A DNA stretch of 64,000 nucleotides, taken from the NCBI GenBank assembly GCA_002010665.1, contig MTON01000024.1, forward strand, positions 76,999 through 140,998, read 5' to 3'. The notes below the pieces were generated by a model. It did not search any database and was not told the DNA's origin. It worked only from the letters and a program-made list of their open reading frames with translations. A program made the position numbers and the translations under genes. Numbering within the stretch: position 1 is the stretch's first letter; the number at the start of each line of letters is the position of its first letter. This stretch comes from Candidatus Aminicenantes bacterium JdFR-78. GTDB lineage: Bacteria > Acidobacteriota > Aminicenantia > JdFR-78. Below, one piece after another: positions 26,506 to 37,387 of the stretch.

Positions 26506-27360
26506 ATGAAGCTAATTAAAGCCCAAGTCTTGGGAAATGATTTTCTGGTTTTAAGTCAAAAAGATGCAAAAAAAATAAGCGATTTGAATACCTTTTCCCG
26601 GCTGGTTTGTGATCGTCATTTTGGAGTAGGAGCAGATGGACTTATAATCACCTCTCTGATTAAAAACAAAAAAGATGAAGCGTCCTTTAGAATTTTTAAT
26701 CATGATGGGACTGAAGCAGAAGTATCTGGTAATGGGCTCAGATGTGCAGCAGCTTATATGTATTATTTTGGATTAACTGAATCCAAAAAAATAACTTTCA
26801 ATACAAATGCAGGTGTAAGAGGATGTGAATTGCTCAAAAAAGATAAAACAATTTATCTACTACGAATAGATATGGGTATTCCTACTTTTTCTTCACGAGA
26901 AATCCCTTTTGATGATGGTTCAGAGCATGAAAAATTGATTGATTATGATTTGACTATTGGACAGAAAAAGTATAAGGTAACCTGTTTATCTATAGGAAAT
27001 CCTCATTGTGCTGTTTTTCTTTCTAGTTTTCCATCTAGGATAGAATGGCATCAGATGGGCAGGGAAATTGAATCCCATCCATTTTTTCCAAAGAGAACAA
27101 ATGTTGAATTTGTTAAAGTTGTTAATAGAAACGAAATAGAAGCACTTTTCTGGGAGAGAGGAGTTGGAGAAACTCTTGCCTCAGGAAGTGGTGCATGTGC
27201 TTCAGCTGTAGCTTCAATACTCAAAGGTTTAACTGATAAAAGAGTTAAAGTAAAAACAAGTAGCGGTGAACTTATTGTTGAATGGGAGGGTGATAAAATA
27301 TATCAAATTGGTCCTGTAGAAGTTATTTGTGAAGTTAATTTTGTTAAAGAGTTTCAATAA
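26506..27360 (+). CDS. dapF: Diaminopimelate epimerase
   Basis: GNDF..., SGNGLRC and GNPHCV..., with paired catalytic Cys motifs and GETLASGSGA. Confidence 0.9.
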   Translation: MKLIKAQVLGNDFLVLSQKDAKKISDLNTFSRLVCDRHFGVGADGLIITSLIKNKKDEASFRIFNHDGTEAEVSGNGLRCAAAYMYYFGLTESKKITFNTNAGVRGCELLKKDKTIYLLRIDMGIPTFSSREIPFDDGSEHEKLIDYDLTIGQKKYKVTCLSIGNPHCAVFLSSFPSRIEWHQMGREIESHPFFPKRTNVEFVKVVNRNEIEALFWERGVGETLASGSGACASAVASILKGLTDKRVKVKTSSGELIVEWEGDKIYQIGPVEVICEVNFVKEFQ

Positions 27361-27363
27361 AGT

Positions 27364-28551
27364 TCAATAAGAATATCTTATCCCAAGACTTATTATTGTG
27401 GCATTAAGATTAAACCGTTGAGTTAAAGGATATCCTCCATAAACTGTAGAAATTTCTCTCTCTCTTCCAAGAGCATAAACTCCAGCAAAATTAAGTTCTA
27501 CTTTCCCTGCTCTATATCCAATTCCACCAAATAAAACTATTTTATCCACATCTATATCCATTAAATTTAGAGTTTCATCAGGTCGGGCATAATTATCATA
27601 AGCTACTCCTGCTCTTACTGCAATACCTTTGGGAAAGATATACTCAGTTCCAACTTTAAATTTAACTATATTTTTATAATTAATAATCTCGCTTTTATCT
27701 ATATCCATTGTTATACCAGGTGCAACTGGGACATTTTTTATTTTTCCCTCCAGTTTCTTCAGAGATGACCAATGAGAATAATCTACATCAGCAGAAATCA
27801 GGAAGTTTTCTTTTAAGCGATAGGAAATTCCGAGTTCAATTGAATAAGGAAGATTGAATTTAGTCTCTGAATCAAAATTCATTCCCATTAGTTTTGTATC
27901 TCCTTCAATTTTCATCTTTGCAGGTCCACGGAAGCTTAATCCAATGCCAATTTTTTCATTTGGTCGATATAAAATTCCAAAGCCAGCTGAATAGGATGTG
28001 CCTGATTCATCTATGCTCATTGGACCGTAAAGTGGATTTTCGGTTTCGACTTCCATTTTTCCTTTGTAAATGCTGAAATTAATGCCTGCTGAAAGCTTTT
28101 CTGAGAATTTATAAGCGATTGATGGAGTAAAAGAATAAATACCTAAAATTGCCTTTAATGGATAACCCAGATCTTGACGTGACCAATCAACTCCTCCACC
28201 ACCATATGGGCAATAAACTCCAAATCCAAAGCTCCATCTTTCTTTTTTTATTGAAATAAAAGCCTGAGGATAATAGTTCTTCAACTTGCTGTAAACTGTT
28301 GTTCCGGAAGGAAGAGTGTAGCTATGTTTTGGCATTATATAAATTCCTTCCAATGAAAGATTTATTGAATGAGTCTGAAAGGTTAAACCAGCTGGATTGT
28401 AAAAAATAGCGCTTGGGTCATCTGCTACTGCTGTAAAAGCTGTTCCCATTGAAAGAGCCCTTGTTCCCATTAATATATTATCCCATGCTCCTGCATAGAT
28501 GAAAGTAAAACAGAAAATCATTCCAATCGAAAATGCTATAAATTTCTTCAT
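27364..28551 (-). CDS. FadL/OmpP1/TodX-family outer-membrane transport protein
   Basis: Signal peptide, the N-terminal hatch motif FYNPAGL, a beta-barrel pattern and the C-terminus GIRYSY. Confidence 0.8.
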   Translation of the reverse strand: MKKFIAFSIGMIFCFTFIYAGAWDNILMGTRALSMGTAFTAVADDPSAIFYNPAGLTFQTHSINLSLEGIYIMPKHSYTLPSGTTVYSKLKNYYPQAFISIKKERWSFGFGVYCPYGGGGVDWSRQDLGYPLKAILGIYSFTPSIAYKFSEKLSAGINFSIYKGKMEVETENPLYGPMSIDESGTSYSAGFGILYRPNEKIGIGLSFRGPAKMKIEGDTKLMGMNFDSETKFNLPYSIELGISYRLKENFLISADVDYSHWSSLKKLEGKIKNVPVAPGITMDIDKSEIINYKNIVKFKVGTEYIFPKGIAVRAGVAYDNYARPDETLNLMDIDVDKIVLFGGIGYRAGKVELNFAGVYALGREREISTVYGGYPLTQRFNLNATIISLGIRYSY

Positions 28552-28711
28552 CTCTTCACACCTCCTTTCTGCTTTATATATATAAAAAACTTTTCATTGT
28601 CAATCTATAAATTTGTTAGAAAAATAAAATTATTCAATATATAGTATGATGTAAAGAAAACAGTAGTATATATTGTATTCAAGCTTGACTTTTTCCCTCT
28701 CATAAATTAAA

Positions 28712-30958
28712 ATGGTTTTTAGATTTAAAAAAATGAGTATGAAAATAAAATATTACAAGTATATACTATTTTTCGGCCTAATAGCCTTTTTTCTAATATT
28801 AAATCCTCTTGAATTTGCTAATGAAGAAAGAGAATTCTTCAGAAATTATTCAATTAAAAAACCTATTATAAGAATTGGACTTGGAATTAATCTTGAGGAA
28901 ATCAAGATTAATGCTTCTTCTGGTATGAAAATATACGAACTAAGAAATGGATTAAACAAAATTTCAGATAATATTAATGAGGTTTTAATAAAAGGAAAGA
29001 AGGAAAAACTTAATGAAAGATTTTTAATCCAGTTTCCACCTTTTAGAGAAAAAGAAGAAGCCGAGGATTTTTCCAATAAAATAAAAGAAAAGTTAAAAGA
29101 GAAAAAAATAGAGAAGGATGTATATATTGATCAAAATCTGGAAATGAACACTTATCAGGTATGGATAGGATATTTTGATTTAAAAAGTGAGGCAGAGGCT
29201 TTTGCAAGAGAACTTTATAATATGGGATTCAAAGATGCATGGATTGTTGAAGAAGAAATTACAGATGGAGAATCGAAGCCGTATTGGCTTTTTTGTAATG
29301 GAGAATTTATTAAACTCTCGCCTGATTCCACTTTATATATAATACCATCTAATTCAAGGAGTTACCTCTCTTTCAATGGGAAACCATACAGGGGTATTTT
29401 TGTTGTAAAGTCTACAGTTAAAGGTATAGCTTTGATAAATATTTTAAATATTGAAGATTATTTAAAAGGCGTTGTTCCTGTAGAACTTTCACCTTATTCA
29501 TTCAATGAAATTGAAGCTCAAAAAGCTCAGGCAGTAGCAGCACGTACTTATGCACTTAAGAATCTCGGAATGTTTGAGGAGTTAGGTTTTGATTTGTGTG
29601 ATACACAGAAATGTCAAGTTTATAGAGGCATGAGTGTTGAGAATCCATTGAGTTCTAAAGCAGTCGAACAAACTGAAGGTGAAGTGATGACTTATAGAGG
29701 AAGATTAATAAATGCCCTTTATACCTCTACATGCGGTGGATCCACTGAAAATGTTGAAAATGTGTTTCTTGGCAAGCCTATTCCTTATCTTAGGGGAACT
29801 CAATGTTTTTATGAACATCAAAAAGAATGGTGGATTAAAGGCTATTATATGATGGCCCCTGTATATGTAAATGGTTTTAATATAAGTCCAGAGATAGCTC
29901 GGTTAATTAGCTGGGGAATAATTCCTTTAAATATTAATCATTCTTTTTATAGAGAAATTGCTTCACCAAAAGAGGTTTCTAAATGGATTGAAAATACTCT
30001 TTCCTTTTTAAATAAGAAATTTAACCCTGTTAAATTGAATGAAAAATACGTTAATTATGCAAATTTAGCACATCTTATTATAGATTCATTTGGCTGGAAA
30101 AATAAGCTTGAGTTTCTATTAAAAGAGAAGGAAATTGAATATTTTATTAAAGATTTAATGGAAGTAAAAGAAGAAGATAAGAAATATATTGCTTATCTTA
30201 TTTTGGAAGATATTTTTCCAATATCAAGTGAGATTAAGAATCCTTATAGACCTATGTTGAGAAGTGAAGTTCTTCATGTAATCCATAAATTGATAAGGTA
30301 TATTGATAAAAATAGAATTCATAAAGGTAATTTTAAATTTTTAAAAGGCAATAGAATAGTTGTTGAAGAAAATAAAAAAGAAAAGGAATTTAATCTCGAG
30401 TCTAGAATCTTTCTTATTCATAATAATAATGGCTTTCTTTCATTTGGAAGTTATGCGTCTCTAATAGGAGGAGAAGAAGTATACTGGATAGAACGAAAGG
30501 GTTCAGTTCCTTATCTTGAAATACATTATTCTTCCTTTTCAAATATGCTTGAAAGAAATTCTATTTTTAATCGCTGGCAAGTGAGAAAGTCACGCGAAGA
30601 GCTGGAGAAAAGAATACAGAGATTTTATCCAATAGGAAAACTTATTGATTTAATACCTAAAAAGAGAGGGGTTTCAGGAAGAGTTATTGAATTGCAAATT
30701 GTGGGTAGTGAAAATCAGGTTCTTGTTAAGGGTTTTAGAATAAGAACAGTTCTTGGGCTACGGGAGACATTATTTGTAATAGATAGAGAGTATGATGAAG
30801 ATGGTAAGATAACATATTTCATATTCACTGGAAGAGGATGGGGACATGGAGTTGGTTTATGCCAGGTTGGTGCTTATGGTATGGCAAGGGAGGGAGCAAA
30901 TTATAAAAAAATACTTAAAAAATATTACAATAGAATAAAAATTGTAAAAAGATATTAA
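28712..30958 (+). CDS. SpoIID/LytB-domain protein with an SPOR-like domain
   Basis: EAQKAQAVAARTYAL...C.TQKCQVY.G....YTSTCGGSTEN is the SpoIID amidase-enhancer domain. An upstream basic/acidic SPOR-like segment and the C-terminal GWGHGVGLCQ.GA are also present. Confidence 0.85.
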   Translation: MVFRFKKMSMKIKYYKYILFFGLIAFFLILNPLEFANEEREFFRNYSIKKPIIRIGLGINLEEIKINASSGMKIYELRNGLNKISDNINEVLIKGKKEKLNERFLIQFPPFREKEEAEDFSNKIKEKLKEKKIEKDVYIDQNLEMNTYQVWIGYFDLKSEAEAFARELYNMGFKDAWIVEEEITDGESKPYWLFCNGEFIKLSPDSTLYIIPSNSRSYLSFNGKPYRGIFVVKSTVKGIALINILNIEDYLKGVVPVELSPYSFNEIEAQKAQAVAARTYALKNLGMFEELGFDLCDTQKCQVYRGMSVENPLSSKAVEQTEGEVMTYRGRLINALYTSTCGGSTENVENVFLGKPIPYLRGTQCFYEHQKEWWIKGYYMMAPVYVNGFNISPEIARLISWGIIPLNINHSFYREIASPKEVSKWIENTLSFLNKKFNPVKLNEKYVNYANLAHLIIDSFGWKNKLEFLLKEKEIEYFIKDLMEVKEEDKKYIAYLILEDIFPISSEIKNPYRPMLRSEVLHVIHKLIRYIDKNRIHKGNFKFLKGNRIVVEENKKEKEFNLESRIFLIHNNNGFLSFGSYASLIGGEEVYWIERKGSVPYLEIHYSSFSNMLERNSIFNRWQVRKSREELEKRIQRFYPIGKLIDLIPKKRGVSGRVIELQIVGSENQVLVKGFRIRTVLGLRETLFVIDREYDEDGKITYFIFTGRGWGHGVGLCQVGAYGMAREGANYKKILKKYYNRIKIVKRY

Positions 30959-30968
30959 AGAGGTAAAA

Positions 30969-31505
30969 ATGAAGGAGAGATTGATTGAAATCCTAAAAGA
31001 AAAATCTGTTATAACAGGAGTTGAGAGAATTCTGACCTCGGGAAGAAAAAGTAATTATTATATTGATTGTAAAATGACGACTCTTGATCCAGAAGGTGCA
31101 AATCTGGTGGGTAAATTAATTCTCGAGGTTTTAGAGCCATATCAGGTAGATGCAATCGGAGGATTTACGCTCGGTGCTGATCCGATAGTTAGTGCTGTTG
31201 CCACTGTTAGCTATCAACTTGGAAAGCCGCTTCCTGCTTTTATAGTTCGTAAAGAACCTAAAAAGCATGGAGAACAAAAGATGATAGAAGGGCCGTTTAA
31301 AACAGGATGGAAGGTTGCAATTGTTGATGATGTGTGCACAACAGGAGGTTCAATTCTTAAGGCATGTAAGGCAGTGGAAGAGGCTGGAGGAAAAGTGATT
31401 TTAACAATGGCTATTGTTGATAGATTAGAAGGCGGGAGGGAAAATATAGAAAAAAATGGGTATAAATTTATCTCCCTTTTGACAAGAAGAGATTTAGGGC
31501 TATAA
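30969..31505 (+). CDS. pyrE: Orotate phosphoribosyltransferase
   Basis: SGRKSNYYIDC and the PRPP loop VAIVDDVCTTGGS. Confidence 0.9.
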   Translation: MKERLIEILKEKSVITGVERILTSGRKSNYYIDCKMTTLDPEGANLVGKLILEVLEPYQVDAIGGFTLGADPIVSAVATVSYQLGKPLPAFIVRKEPKKHGEQKMIEGPFKTGWKVAIVDDVCTTGGSILKACKAVEEAGGKVILTMAIVDRLEGGRENIEKNGYKFISLLTRRDLGL

Positions 31506-31742
31506 ATTAATTTTTTCCATTTTTCCAATATCTAAAAGGGAAGCAATTTTTTTCTAAAAAGTAAGAATTATTTCCTCTTAATTTCTTGTTTATTTTTTTA
31601 CCATTTTAAGTTTTGTATTTATATTATGATGACTACAAAATTGTCTAGAATCAGTTTCTTATTAGGATTTAATACGACAAAATGCGATAATAAATGACAT
31701 TATTATTAAAGACATTGACAAAGTGTAAAAGTGTGAATAGTT

Positions 31743-31796
31743 AAAAAAGAGAGGCATGATTAATAGAAGATTAGACTACACTTTTCTTCCCTCTCT
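31743..31796 (-). terminator. Possible intrinsic terminator of tdh-kbl
   Basis: The minus strand reads AGAGAGG-GAAGA-(14-nt loop)-TCTTC-(11 nt)-CCTCTCT followed by TTTTTT, about 70 nt after the kbl stop. The stem is interrupted, so the call is tentative. Confidence 0.35.
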
Positions 31797-31868
31797 TCTG
31801 GCATAGGGGAGGTGATGGACAAAATTCAAAAATCACAATTCATAATTCAAAAATCAAAATTTAAAACT

Positions 31869-33071
31869 CTATTGGATTACTCCGTATTTCTTTCCAACTT
31901 TGATAAAAGCTTCTATTGCCCTATCGAGATGTTCCTTTTCATGGGCTGCTGAAATCTGAACCCTTATTCTCGATTGTCCTTTTGGAACAACGGGATAGAA
32001 AAATCCAATCACATAAATTCCCTCTTCGAGTAGATCCCTTGACATATCCTGGGATAATTTTGCATCATTCTCAAATTTTGAAAGCATTATAGGAACAATA
32101 GGGTGTGTACCTGGTTTAATGTCAAAACCAGCTTCACTCATTTTTTCTCTGAAATATTTTGTATTTCTCTCTAGTTTATCTCTTAATTCAGTTGTTTCAG
32201 AAAGAAGATCAAGCACAGCAATTGAGGCGCCAACAATAGCAGGTGCCAGAGTATTACTAAAAAGGTATGGTCTTGAACGCTGACGATAAAGCTCTATAAT
32301 TTCCTTTCTTCCAGAAGCAAATCCTCCTGAAGCTCCACCTAAGGCTTTTCCAAGGGTGCTGGTAATTACATCGATTTTTCCCATAACACCATGATATTCT
32401 GGTGTTCCCCTGCCTGTTTTACCAACAAATCCTGTGGCATGTGCATCGTCTATCATTACTAATGCATCATATTTTTCAGCTAAGTAACAGATATCCTTAA
32501 GTGGAGCAATATCTCCATCCATTGAGAATACTCCGTCAGTTGCAATCATTCTGAAACGAGCTTTTTGTGCTTGCTTGAGTTTATCTTCTAGGTCATTCAT
32601 GTCGAGATGTTTATAAATAAATCTCTGTGCTTTACACAAACGAATACCATCAATAATGGAAGCATGATTTAATTCATCGCTAATAATTGCATCTTCTGGT
32701 CCAAGTAAAGGTTCAAAAATTCCACCATTTGCATCAAAACATGCTGCATATAAAATAGTATCCTCTGTTTGAAGAAATTCAGAGATTTTTCTTTCAAGAA
32801 CTTTATGAATTTCCTGAGTTCCACATATAAATCGAACTGAACTCAAACCATAACCCCATTCTTCGAGTGCTTTTTGTGCTCCTTCTATGACTTTAGGATG
32901 GCTGGATAAACCAAGGTAATTATTAGCGCAGAAATTCAGAACTTTTTTTCCTCCTTTAACTTCAATTTCAGGCGCTTGGGGAGTCATGATAATCCTTTCT
33001 TCTTTATAAAGGCCAGCCTCCTTAATTGATTGAATCTCCTTTTGAAGAAATTCCTTTATTTTTCCGTACAT
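31869..33071 (-). CDS. kbl: 2-amino-3-ketobutyrate CoA ligase (glycine C-acetyltransferase)
   Basis: Class-II aminotransferase fold with [18 protein letters not shown] and STLGKALGG (PLP lysine). It is paired with tdh. Confidence 0.9.
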   Translation of the reverse strand: MYGKIKEFLQKEIQSIKEAGLYKEERIIMTPQAPEIEVKGGKKVLNFCANNYLGLSSHPKVIEGAQKALEEWGYGLSSVRFICGTQEIHKVLERKISEFLQTEDTILYAACFDANGGIFEPLLGPEDAIISDELNHASIIDGIRLCKAQRFIYKHLDMNDLEDKLKQAQKARFRMIATDGVFSMDGDIAPLKDICYLAEKYDALVMIDDAHATGFVGKTGRGTPEYHGVMGKIDVITSTLGKALGGASGGFASGRKEIIELYRQRSRPYLFSNTLAPAIVGASIAVLDLLSETTELRDKLERNTKYFREKMSEAGFDIKPGTHPIVPIMLSKFENDAKLSQDMSRDLLEEGIYVIGFFYPVVPKGQSRIRVQISAAHEKEHLDRAIEAFIKVGKKYGVIQ

Positions 33072-33175
33072 TTTTATCCTCCTGATATAAAATTATAGAA
33101 TCAATTCTAAAATTTCAAAATTAATTTCATTCAAATTCAAAGAACCTTACTTTCATTCTCTCATATTTCACATTT

Positions 33176-34306
33176 TTACCTTTCACCTTTTACACTTCTT
33201 TGCATTTCCAGTCTTTTTTGGGCTTCTTTTAATTCTTTTTCGTCAGGGAATAAAATAACTTTTACAGCTTTCCTTGGTCTTTCAAGAATAACGTCAAATC
33301 CTTTTTGAAATTCATCAAGAGTAAACATATGAGTGATTACAGGATATACATTTAATCTTCCAGAAGAAAGGAAATTGCGTACTCTATACCATGTATCAAA
33401 AAGTTTTCTACCAGTAATTCCATGAATTTGCAAACCTTTTAGAACTATCTCTTCATTATAATCAATATAAATGGTGGATGTAGGGGATAGACCAAAAGCA
33501 GTAAATCTTCCACCTCGCCTGAGCATTTTCAACCCTTCTCTTATTGCTTCTGGTGCGCCAGCCATGTCAAGGACTATATCTGCGCCATAACCATTTGTAC
33601 ATTCTCTTATATATTCAACTCTATCTAAATCATTTTTGTGTATGTTTATAATGTGGTCAGCACCCATAATTTTTCCTATAGATAAATTATAATCCCATTC
33701 TCCAATAAGAAAAATATTAGTAACTCCGCATAATCTTGCTATTCCAACCGAGAAAAGACCTGCTGGCCCATCTCCAATTATAACCATTGATTTTCCAGCT
33801 ACATCATTGTCTTCTCCGAGAACTGCGTAAGTTGCGTTGCCAATTGGTTCCTGAAGTGTAGCAATTTCAGGAGGAATAGAGGGATGATTTACCCAACAGA
33901 CATTCTCAGGGAGTGCGATATACTCTGCAAAGGTTCCATCTCTATCCACTCCTAAAATTTTCATTTTTTCTCCGAGATGAGCTTGACATAGAATAGACTG
34001 TAAATCCCATGGATCATAGATATGAGTCTCAGCTGAAATATAATCACCCACTTTTATTTTTCTGACTTCTTTTCCTACTTCAACTACTTCACCAGCAACT
34101 TCATGCCCCAGAATTTGAGGGAGTTTTTTTCTCCCTATTCTTGTATTTGACCACTTATCCCACTGGTAAATATGAACATCAGTTCCACATATTGATGTCG
34201 CTTTTACTTTTACTAAAACCTCTGTATCGCTTATTTCAGGCACATCAGTTTCAACGAGTTCTGCCCCTGGACCTGCTTTTGTTTTTACTACTGCTTTCAT
34301 TTTCAT
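33176..34306 (-). CDS. tdh: L-threonine 3-dehydrogenase (zinc-dependent MDR family)
   Basis: CGTDVH...GHE.AGEV zinc motifs and a GDGPAGL Rossmann motif, directly upstream of kbl. The assignment is by context plus family. Confidence 0.8.
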   Translation of the reverse strand: MKMKAVVKTKAGPGAELVETDVPEISDTEVLVKVKATSICGTDVHIYQWDKWSNTRIGRKKLPQILGHEVAGEVVEVGKEVRKIKVGDYISAETHIYDPWDLQSILCQAHLGEKMKILGVDRDGTFAEYIALPENVCWVNHPSIPPEIATLQEPIGNATYAVLGEDNDVAGKSMVIIGDGPAGLFSVGIARLCGVTNIFLIGEWDYNLSIGKIMGADHIINIHKNDLDRVEYIRECTNGYGADIVLDMAGAPEAIREGLKMLRRGGRFTAFGLSPTSTIYIDYNEEIVLKGLQIHGITGRKLFDTWYRVRNFLSSGRLNVYPVITHMFTLDEFQKGFDVILERPRKAVKVILFPDEKELKEAQKRLEMQRSVKGER

Positions 34307-34334
34307 AATTTTATCCTCCTATAAGCTTCTATTA

Positions 34335-34889
34335 TTAATTAAAAAAAATGTATTTTAAGATTAAAATCATCCAGATTATAAATCCTCCTAATATAGCTCT
34401 GTATTCCTTGTTTTTTTTATAAAGTTCAAATTTAAACCTTTTTGAATTTTTTCCCTGCAAACCTTTAAAATTTGGGAAAATACATGGCACTTTCTTTTCA
34501 TATTCTTTGTATTTTTCATGAAAAATTTCCCTGAGTTTGTTTGTTTCTTCTATAATCAATACAGGATAAAAGATCGAAAAATATGCTACAAAAATAATCC
34601 ATACCCATAAAGAATTAGCTCCAATACATAGACTTAGACCAAGAATAAAGTTTCCGAAATATAATGGATTTCTAATGTACTGATATGGGCCAGAAGTTGC
34701 CAGATTTTTTCCTTTTTCAATATGACCTGCTGCCCAAGTTCTAATTGCAAAACCAAAAATTGAAACTATAAATCCAATAAATATTGAAGTCAGTGTCGGT
34801 TTTGCAAGAATTAATATTGCAATGATAAACCATAACCCCGTAGGAACTCTTAATCTGTAGATCTTCTTTCTAAGCGTTTCAGTTCCCAT
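34335..34889 (-). CDS. ICMT/PEMT-family membrane methyltransferase
   Basis: Multi-TM protein with TSGPYQYIRNPLYFGNF, the family signature. Confidence 0.7.
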   Translation of the reverse strand: MGTETLRKKIYRLRVPTGLWFIIAILILAKPTLTSIFIGFIVSIFGFAIRTWAAGHIEKGKNLATSGPYQYIRNPLYFGNFILGLSLCIGANSLWVWIIFVAYFSIFYPVLIIEETNKLREIFHEKYKEYEKKVPCIFPNFKGLQGKNSKRFKFELYKKNKEYRAILGGFIIWMILILKYIFFN

Positions 34890-35868
34890 TTAAAATTTTT
34901 ATAACCTTTTCATAAACTTCATTTGGAGATATCTTTTTTATACACTCCATTGAATCACACTTTCTCTTATAACAAAAACTGCACGTAAGTTTGTGAAAAA
35001 CGATTTCGTCATGAGAACGAATAGGTCCATTTCTCTCTGGATCAGTTGGACCAAATATACCAACGACTGGGATTAAAATTGCACTTGCAAAATGAAGAGG
35101 AAAACTATCGCCACTTACCAAAATGGTTGCCCTGGAAATAAGCCCCATAAGTTCCGAAATTGTCAAAAATGGTAACATTGGAATTCCTGTTTCTTTACAA
35201 GCTTCTAAAGCGAGCTTTTCTTCTATTGAATTTCCCCATAGATAAAGAATAAATCTGTCATCTCTTTTTAACATTTTTGCAAGTTTAATAAAATTTCTTA
35301 TATCCCATCTTTTGGTTTCCCATCCTGCTCCTATATTCAAAAGTATTAGCTTTTTTTTAAAGTCATATCCACACGACATTAATTTCCTTTCGACAGAATA
35401 AATAAAATCTTGAGAGATTTCAATTGGAAATTCAATTTTTTCTTCATTTATATTTAAGAGATTTAATAGTTTTATATTTTTTCTTATAACATGCAAATTC
35501 TCTTGGATTTCCGGTAATTGATAGTTATAAAAAAGGGAGGCTAAAGGTTCTTTCAAATTTTTTTTGTGAAACCCGATTCTGATTTTAGCTTTTGATAAGT
35601 AGGAAATTAAGCCTGATTTTAAAAGTCCTTGGAAATCAATTGTATATTCGTAATTATTTTTGATTTTTTTTATTGTTCTAAAAATATTATCAAATTTTAT
35701 TATTTCATCCAAACCATTTACAAATTTGAGTATTTCCTTTCCTTTTCCATTTACAATCCATGAGATTTTTGTGTCAGGAAAATTATCTCTCAAAAGAGAA
35801 AAGGCTGGGAGTGTGTGAATTATGTCTCCTAATGAACTTAATCTTACTATCAAAAAACTATTAGTCAT
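34879..35868 (-). CDS. Glycosyltransferase family 9 (LPS heptosyltransferase)
   Basis: ILIVRLSSLGDIIHTLPAF N-terminus and the C-terminal ..VSGDSFPLHFASA...VVGIFGPT. Confidence 0.85.
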   Translation of the reverse strand: MTNSFLIVRLSSLGDIIHTLPAFSLLRDNFPDTKISWIVNGKGKEILKFVNGLDEIIKFDNIFRTIKKIKNNYEYTIDFQGLLKSGLISYLSKAKIRIGFHKKNLKEPLASLFYNYQLPEIQENLHVIRKNIKLLNLLNINEEKIEFPIEISQDFIYSVERKLMSCGYDFKKKLILLNIGAGWETKRWDIRNFIKLAKMLKRDDRFILYLWGNSIEEKLALEACKETGIPMLPFLTISELMGLISRATILVSGDSFPLHFASAILIPVVGIFGPTDPERNGPIRSHDEIVFHKLTCSFCYKRKCDSMECIKKISPNEVYEKVIKILNGN

Positions 35869-36343
35869 GAGAGAATTTTATTCTTATTTCCTTAATTATT
35901 TGAGATGTTGATCTTACTTTAGGCCCACCAGTAATTTCTATTTTTCCTCCATAACTTTTGACAACATCTTTTTCAGGCACTGTTTCTGGTGTGTAATCTG
36001 AACCCTTTGCATGAATGTGAGGTTTTAAAGTAGTTAAAACTTTTGCAACATTTATTTCTGGAAATATTGTCACATAATCAACAAAATAAAAAGAAGAAAT
36101 AATTTCTGCTCTTTCTTTTTCTTTAAGAAGAGGTCTTCCACTTCCTTTCAATTTTTTTATGGAATCATCACTATTAAGTGCCACTACTAAAATATCTCCT
36201 TTCTCTTTTGCTTCTTTCAGGTATCTTATATGTCCCACATGGATTAAATCAAAACATCCATTTGCAAGCACGATTTTTTTCCCTCTCTTTTTTTCTTTGT
36301 CTGTAATTTTCTTTAGCTCTAATAAAGAGTAAATCTTACTCAA
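35861..36343 (-). CDS. D-glycero-beta-D-manno-heptose 1-phosphate adenylyltransferase (RfaE domain II type)
   Basis: Cytidylyltransferase motif NGCFDLIHVGHIRYL. Translationally coupled to the heptose kinase and GT9 genes. Confidence 0.8.
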   Translation of the reverse strand: MSKIYSLLELKKITDKEKKRGKKIVLANGCFDLIHVGHIRYLKEAKEKGDILVVALNSDDSIKKLKGSGRPLLKEKERAEIISSFYFVDYVTIFPEINVAKVLTTLKPHIHAKGSDYTPETVPEKDVVKSYGGKIEITGGPKVRSTSQIIKEIRIKFSHD

Positions 36344-37355
36344 CTTTATTTTTCTCTTTAATTAAAATTTTTTTTAATTCTTCTTGGCTAACAGTTGCAG
36401 CACCCTTTTTCATTACAACAAGACCAGCTGCATAGTTTGAAAGATAAGCAGCTTCTCTAAAATCTGCACCCGCAGTTAAAGCAAGGGTATAAGTACTTAT
36501 TACAGTATCTCCTGCACCTGTTACGTCCACTATCTCATCAGAACCATAAATTGGAATCGAGAAAGGTTCTTTCCCTTTTTCAAAAAGGGTCATACCTTTA
36601 TACCCTCGAGTAATTAAAAGAGCAGGTGCGGAGAGTTTTCTCAGTATTTCTTTTCCAGCTTTCTTAAGAATTTCTTCATTATCATTTATTTCTAAATTTA
36701 ATGCATAGCTAACTTCTGGCTCATTTGGTGTTGCTATAGTTACTTCTTTGAAATTAAGGAGTTTAAAACGAGAATCAAGTGATATGGGTTTCTTAAGTTC
36801 TTTTAATTTTGGAAGAATTTTATAATAAACATCCTCATTAACCGTTAAATAATTATAATCAGATATTAAAAGAGCATCAATTTCATCGGATATTTCTAAT
36901 AGACAGGATAAGAGTAATGATTTTAATTTTTCATTATATTTGAGTTTGTCTTCATAATCAATTCTCAAAACTTGTTGTTTTCTTGTGTGTTCCCCACCTG
37001 CTAGAATTCTTGCTTTAGCAGGAGTTGAGTAATTTTTCAATTTTATCAGATATTCTGTCTCTATTCCATTTCTTTTCAGTAAATCTAAAATTCTATTTCC
37101 TTTTTCGTCCTCTCCAAGAATTCCAACTGGAAGGGGGATACCTCCAAGAGTTTTAATATTATTTACAGAATTTCCAGCTCCACCAAGACCATACTCAGTT
37201 GCTTGATATTTTAATATTAAAACAGGTGCTTCACGGGATACACGATGAGAAAGAGTATAAATATACTCATCGAGGATAAAGTCTCCCCAAACTGCTATTT
37301 TTTTATTTTTGAAGTTTTCGATCAAATTAAGAAGAGATGTAAAGTTAATATTCAT
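36336..37355 (-). CDS. D-glycero-beta-D-manno-heptose-7-phosphate kinase (RfaE domain I, PfkB family)
   Basis: VWGDFILDEY...GGAGNV... and the PfkB C-terminal motif DVTGAGDTV. Confidence 0.8.
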   Translation of the reverse strand: MNINFTSLLNLIENFKNKKIAVWGDFILDEYIYTLSHRVSREAPVLILKYQATEYGLGGAGNSVNNIKTLGGIPLPVGILGEDEKGNRILDLLKRNGIETEYLIKLKNYSTPAKARILAGGEHTRKQQVLRIDYEDKLKYNEKLKSLLLSCLLEISDEIDALLISDYNYLTVNEDVYYKILPKLKELKKPISLDSRFKLLNFKEVTIATPNEPEVSYALNLEINDNEEILKKAGKEILRKLSAPALLITRGYKGMTLFEKGKEPFSIPIYGSDEIVDVTGAGDTVISTYTLALTAGADFREAAYLSNYAAGLVVMKKGAATVSQEELKKILIKEKNKVE

Positions 37356-37387
37356 TAGCCAATATTTAACAGAAATATAAAATTAGG

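Noticed and set aside
31506-31868. Hidden gene or ncRNA in the 363-nt gap after pyrE, and AT-rich TCAAAAATCA-like tracts also seen near 33100, 41650 and 46430
   Set aside because: There is no ORF with an RBS and no convincing conserved secondary structure. The similar-looking tracts are low-complexity A/T runs rather than a definable repeat family.
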